Of a DNA stretch of 52,649 nt, positions 47,267 through 52,649 are shown in pieces. The stretch is from Chiloscyllium plagiosum. Lineage: Eukaryota. The notes under the pieces were generated by a model. That model did no database searches. It was given only the letters and a program-made list of their open reading frames with translations, and was not told where the DNA came from. The stretch is taken from NCBI RefSeq assembly GCF_004010195.1, contig NC_057753.1:10259667-10312315 (forward strand), read 5' to 3'. The translations under genes were made by a program, and so were the position numbers. Position 1 is the first letter of the stretch; every line of letters starts with the position of its first letter.

Positions 47267-47529
47267 GTGGGTCCATACGGGTGACTGAAGCTGTAATGAG
47301 GTTGGGTCGCAATAAAGGTTACCTGAATTCACCATCAGACTTGGACTCTCATTGAGAGCTGAGAGATCCAATGGGTTTTTGCTTGAAAGCTGCTCATTTC
47401 TTTCAACCTCCAGCACTAAGTTTCTAATGTCATGTATCAGAAGGAGCAGTAAATGAGTAGCAGAATTGTGAGAAATTATAAATTTTTCAGGAGTGTGGGT
47501 TCATTGATTCATCAGCATTGTAAGGTTTA

Positions 47530-47552
47530 NNNNNNNNNNNNNNNNNNNNNNN
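47530..47552. other. Assembly gap (N run)
   Basis: Run of n characters. Confidence 1.
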
Positions 47553-47681
47553 GGATCATAACACACAGAATAAAAATTAAAACAGGATCATAACACACAG
47601 AATTAAAATTAAAAACAGGATCATAACACACAGAATTAAAATTAAAAACAGGATCATAACACACAGAATTAAAATTAAAAC
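47553..47681 (+). repeat. Minisatellite of ~32-33-bp unit (caggatcataacacacagaattaaaattaaaaa), at least 4 copies
   Basis: Direct inspection; abuts the gap, so the true copy number is unknown. Confidence 0.9.
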
Positions 47682-47774
47682 TTAAGTTTTTCATCTCTGC
47701 AGATACTGCATTGTTCCATCAGCATTATAAAGGTTACTGCCAGCAGCAGGAGGTGTAGGCTGTGTTCACGAGAA

Positions 47775-48190
47775 GCAAAGTTAAAAATCACACAAACGTT
47801 ATGGAATATAATCCAGTGTTGTTTGGAAGGACTAGCTTTCGGAGTGCTGCTCCTTCATCAGGTAGCCATGGAGCGCGATCACAAGACATTGTAATTTTTT
47901 GCTACAAATTCTGTGTCATACAACTGAATTGAACAAACCTAGATTGCTGTTAAGTCTTTCATCTTTTAGAATGGGCTGCAGGTTTCAGCTCATTAATAAG
48001 TAAATCACAGAACTACTTGTAAGGAATGTTCTCAATGTAACTTAAAGGTGACATCTCAGCTCAGACAATGTATTAAAGGTGTGAGGTCAGAGTCTGTCTG
48101 TATGCCAATCTTGAGTCAGACTGGTTCTACTTCTAAAGTAGGAATTTATAAAATATTACATGGATTGACTGCATCTGCAAAAATTCTGCA
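47775..48190 (-). mobile_element. Penelope terminal repeat with intact hammerhead core
   Basis: Minus strand 47861-47833 reads CTGATGA-A-GGAG-CAGCA-CTCC-GAAAGCTA. Homologous to 38100-38553. Confidence 0.8.
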
Positions 48191-48194
48191 AGTT

Positions 48195-48620
48195 CTGGCT
48201 TGAAGGTAGAAGACAGACGGTGGTGGTGGAGGGTGCTTTTCAGACTGGAGGCCTGTGACCAGAATCGGTGCTGGGTGCATTACTTTTCATCATTTATGTA
48301 AATAGTTTGGCTGTGAACATAGGTATAGTAAGTTTGCAGATGACATCAAAATTGGAGGCGTAGTGGACAGTGAAGAAGGTTACTTCTGCTTAAAACAGGA
48401 TCTTGGTCACATGGGCCAATTGGAGTGGTAGATGGAGTTTAATTTAGATAAATGAGGGGCACTACATTTTTGAAAAACAAATCTGAGCAGGACTTATACA
48501 CTTAATGGTAAGGTCCTAGGGAGTTTTGCTGAACAAAGAGACCTTGAAGTACAGATTCATAATTCCTTCAGAGTCGTAGGTAGAGAGGATAGAGGTGGTG
48601 TTTGGTACGCTTTCATTTAT
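48195..48620 (+). mobile_element. CR1 LINE RT fragment
   Basis: WLEGRRQTVVVEG and KFADDIKIGGVVDSEEG. Confidence 0.85.
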
Positions 48621-48630
48621 TTCCTTTCTG

Positions 48631-51600
48631 AATGAATCAAGTTGACATATCATTTGGTTTCAGATTTCTTTCCCCCTGTCTTCCTGCAAAGAATTTCACA
48701 AAATAAGTAATCATGGTCAGTACAGTCAAATAAATGTAATGGAGATGACAATTCCTGTAGATTGCTAGATGCCTACTGATCACAGGTATGATTTAAAACA
48801 ATATTTACATCAATGGAAATAAAGCATCTGTTATCAAATAGACTTATTCGACACACAAACCTGAAAACCCTCAGGCCGCTAGATAGCATTATGTGTGTAT
48901 GGAGGAAAACTTCATTTGGTGACAATGACCTGGAACAAGCTGCCTACAAAGGTGCTGGAAATGAAGCCGAATCAAGGATATGAAAATGAAACATCAAGAA
49001 TGCTTGAGAAAAGAAAGCCAGTAAAGTTGCTGAATGACTTCCTGCTGACCTATTAAATTAAAGCAATGACAAGAAATACAGCATGTAATTTCATTGCTAT
49101 ATTAGGTGAAAAATCATAGCTATGCAGCTTGTACAACAGTGAATATCAGACTTACACCATATGAAGCAACTTATATTCTATATAAATCTATATTTTACAT
49201 CAATTAAAATCAAAATCCCTGCAATGCAGAAAGAGGCCATTTGAGAAAGATTGAGAAGAATGTTGCCAGTGTTGGAGGGTTTATGAGAGACTGAATAGGA
49301 TGGGACTGTTGCCCTTGGACCATCAGAGGCTGACAGTGAACTTGTAGAGATTCATCAAATCATGAGTGGCACAGATAGGGGAAATAGGTAAGGTCTTTTC
49401 CCCAGGGTGGGGGAGTCCAAAAGAGGGCATAGGTAGAGGTTGAGAGGGGCAAGATCTAAAAGGCACCTAAAGGTCAAGGTTTTCACAGAGGGTGGTGTGT
49501 GTATGGAATGAGCTGGCAGAGGAAGTGGCTGGTACAATTACATTTAAAAGGCATCTGGGTGGGTATGTGAATAGGAAGGACTTGGAGGGATATGGGCAAA
49601 ATGCTGGAACTAGATTTACATAGGATATCTTGTCAGCTTGGATGTGTTAGATCAAAAGATCTATTTCCATGAAGTATATCTATGTACTTCATGGAGGGCG
49701 GCACGGTGGCACAGTGGTTAGCACTGCTGCCTCACAGCGCCTGTAGACCCGGGTTCAATTCCTGACTCAGGCGACTGACTGTGTGGAGTTTGCACATTCT
49801 CCCCGTGTCTGCGTGGGTTTCCTCCGGGTGCTCCGGTTTCCTCCCACAGTCCAAAGATGTGCGGGTCAGGTGAATTGGCCATGCTAAATTGCCCGTAGTG
49901 TTAGGTTAAAGGGGTAAAGGTAGGGGTATGGGTGGGTTGCGCTTCGGCGGGTCGGTGTGGACTTGTTGGGCCGAAGGGCCTGTTTCCACACTGTAAGTAA
50001 TCTAATCTAATCTATGTATATTTGATAACAGATGCTTTATTTTCATTGATGCAAATATTGTTATAAGTCATACCTGGATACTAATACTTAGAAAAATGAG
50101 AGAGAGCATTCTTCAATTAGCGTACCATAAGAATCTGGGAAGACCCCTATTTCTGGAGAGGTGGGGGGGGGGGTGGTCAAGGCTTCAGCAGATTTCCAGT
50201 AGAGCTGAGAACAGATGACATCTTTCTCCGTGGGGATAGGGAGATCAACAGAGGGCAGAGAAATCAGGACCTGAAATCCAAACTGACACCAGACTACCCT
50301 GTGATCAGTGCTTTAATTAGCAGTGCCAACCCTCTACCTTTACCTAGCTTCCCATTTGACTTGAATGGCATGTACCCCCTAGTCCTGGTCTCACCCACCA
50401 GCAGAAATGACTGGATAGGGTAGGGGGGGGGGATCTGTATGGCATGCTCTGAGGAGGAGCTGGTATGGACTTGACTGTCCGAATGGCCGATATAACCTCC
50501 CTGCTTTTAAACTCAATCCCTTTAATAATGATGGACAAAATTCCATTTGTCGTCTTAATTACCCATTGCACCTGCAGGGCAACCCTCTGATTCATGCACA
50601 AGGATACCCAGGTCCCTCTGCACAGCAGCATGCTGCAACATCTTACCATCAAGTCATTGTCCTTTTTACTGTTTTCCAACAAAAATGGATGACTTCACAT
50701 TTATTAACATAACTTTCCATCTGCCAGACCTTTGCCCACTCACTCAAAATATCCATGTTCCTCTGCACACTTTGCCACTCAACTTAGTGTCATCTGCAAA
50801 CTTTGACCTGTGACCTGTCCCCCAACTCCAAATCATCAGTATAAATTGTGAATAATAATACAACCAATGGATCAGATCTAAGCTCTGCAGTCCTGTCCAA
50901 TCCAGTTGTGAATGGTGGTGGGCAATTAACTAACTCATTGGAGGTGGCGGCTCCATCAATATCCCCATCCTCACTGATGGAAGAGCCCAGCACATCAGCA
51001 CAAAAGATCAGGCTGAAGCACTCGCAGCAATCTTCAGCCAGAAATGCCAAGTGGATGATCCATCTCAGCCTCTTCCAGTGATCCCCAGCATCACAGATAC
51101 CAGTCTTCAGACAATTCCAGAAGATTATAAAATGATGAGGGGCACAGATAGGGTGAATAGCCAAGGTCTTTCCCTGTTCTGACTGCCCATGACTGAGCAG
51201 GACACAGACAGCTAGCCATGGTTAATGCAGTGGGACATAGCTGACAGGAGTTAGACACCTTGGGGAAAAATGTTTGTTTAATATAATCCTGACAAGTAAA
51301 ACAGTAATAACTCTTGAATTAATTAATCAATCTGTTCTAATATTTAGGAGTAGGTTTTAGTTAAAATCCTTCAAATAATGATAGAAATAGATTCTTTAGT
51401 AGTTACAGATATACCCCCACACAAAAGAAAATTAAAGCATTAGAAGAAAAGATTCCAACCAGTTTCAGATAGTGAAAGCAGCCCTGTATCATTAGAGAGA
51501 GGAATGAATCATTGACACAGAAATGAGCAGATATTGGAATGTGAGGTGAATTAACACATTATAAGACACCAAAGAATTAAGAAAGAGGTGTCTAGTAAAT

Positions 51601-51956
51601 ATGGGAAGCAACAAATTATTAGCTAAAGAATTCTAACAGAAGGTGTAACCATAAATTTGATGGAAATAATCAATATTTGTTTGGATCGCCTGTAATGAGG
51701 AATTTAAAAGGTTCCTGAAGCGATGGGCAAGTATCCAATGAATTGGCAGTTAACATGGTGCAGCTGGTAAATGTTACTTGAATACAGGATCCATTGTGGA
51801 ACAGCTTCAAGGAGGGAGATAAGAGAGTCGGGGAAACATCACAAAGGTCCTGGGGTGGATCACAAGCCTGTCCATCTCTCTGTCGTTCAGTGAAACGATT
51901 AGCTTCATTGGAAATACACTGAGGTCAGCTGAAACTGTACAAGATGCTGCACTAGA
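48631..51956 (-). repeat. Inverted paralog of 30197-34132, ending in a truncated ZF exon start
   Basis: Minus strand ..ttctttgcag|gaagacagggggaaagaaatctgaaacc matches the exon starts at 34065 and 46040. Homology stops after ~55 bp at a CR1 fragment. Confidence 0.9.
49696..50013 (+). mobile_element. Full-length HE1-like SINE, inserted after the segmental duplication
   Basis: A and B boxes and (AATCT)n tail. Absent at the paralogous sites near 32990 and 7605. Confidence 0.92.
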
Positions 51957-51959
51957 ATC

Positions 51960-52649
51960 ATAGAGGATTTGAGCTGCAGGGAGAGGCTGAATATGCTGGG
52001 GCTGTTTTCCCTGGAGCATCAGAGGCTGAGGGGTCACCTCATGGATAGGGTAAATAGTCAAGGTCAGCAAGTCCAGAACTACAGGGCATAGGTATAGGGT
52101 GAGAGGGGAAAGGGACCCGAGGGGCAACTTTATCAAGCAGAGAGTGGTGAATGTATGGAATCAGCTGCCAGAGGAAGTGATGGAGGCTGATACAACTGCA
52201 GCATTTAAAAGACGGGTATATGAATATAGGAAGGGCTTATAGGGATATAGGCTAAGTGCTGGCAAATGGGACTAGATTAGGTTAGGATATTTGGTCAGTA
52301 TGGATGAGATAGACCAAAGGATCTATTTCTGTACTGTATATCTTTATGACTCGAATTGGAACTAGCTGGATGGGCACCATGGACCAGTTTAGACCGAAGG
52401 ACCTGGTGGGTCAAACCAGGGCAGGACGTACATGTCAATTGTTAGTGACCTAGAGGTGTAGGTGCATAGTTCTTTAAACGTGGACTCAGAGGTAGACAAC
52501 AGACAATAGAGAATAGGTGCAGGAGTAGGCCATTCTGCCCTTCGAGCCTGCACCACCATTCAATATGATCATGGCTGATCATCCTTAATCAGTATCCTGT
52601 TCCTGCCTTATCTCCATAACCCTTGATTCCACAATCCTTGAGAGCTCTA
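51960..52649. mobile_element. CR1 3' fragments
   Basis: Plus-strand tail at 51960-52350. Minus-strand tail of another subfamily from ~52505 to the window end. Confidence 0.8.

Noticed and set aside
47553..47681. CRISPR-like ~32-bp repeats
   Set aside because: Head-to-tail copies with no unique spacers, no cas genes, vertebrate context.

Overview
Eukaryotic genomic DNA, by its repeat content most likely from a shark or other cartilaginous fish (inference from HE1-like V-SINEs, CR1 LINEs and Penelope-like elements). The window is a repeat-dense cluster of C2H2 zinc-finger genes with no recognisable KRAB or SCAN domain. It holds one largely intact 299-aa poly-ZF gene (46367-47266 +), three disrupted ZF copies (~12.8-13.5 kb -, ~23.7 kb +, ~34.4 kb +), a truncated ZF exon start (~48.65 kb -), and several paralogous promoter/first-exon and 3'UTR modules joined by mostly inverted segmental duplications. 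Mobile elements include many decayed CR1 LINE fragments, HE1-like and Deu-type SINEs, a Rex1/Babar fragment, and a decayed Penelope element plus many short Penelope terminal repeats carrying minimal hammerhead-ribozyme motifs. There is also a 3' endogenous-retrovirus remnant (env TM + PPT + LTR) whose envelope looks like the internal-fusion-loop type (alpharetrovirus/filovirus GP2-like). Two N gaps (11393-12085, 47530-47552). No prokaryotic systems, CRISPR arrays, rRNA or true tRNA genes. All comparisons were made by eye and boundaries of decayed repeats are approximate.
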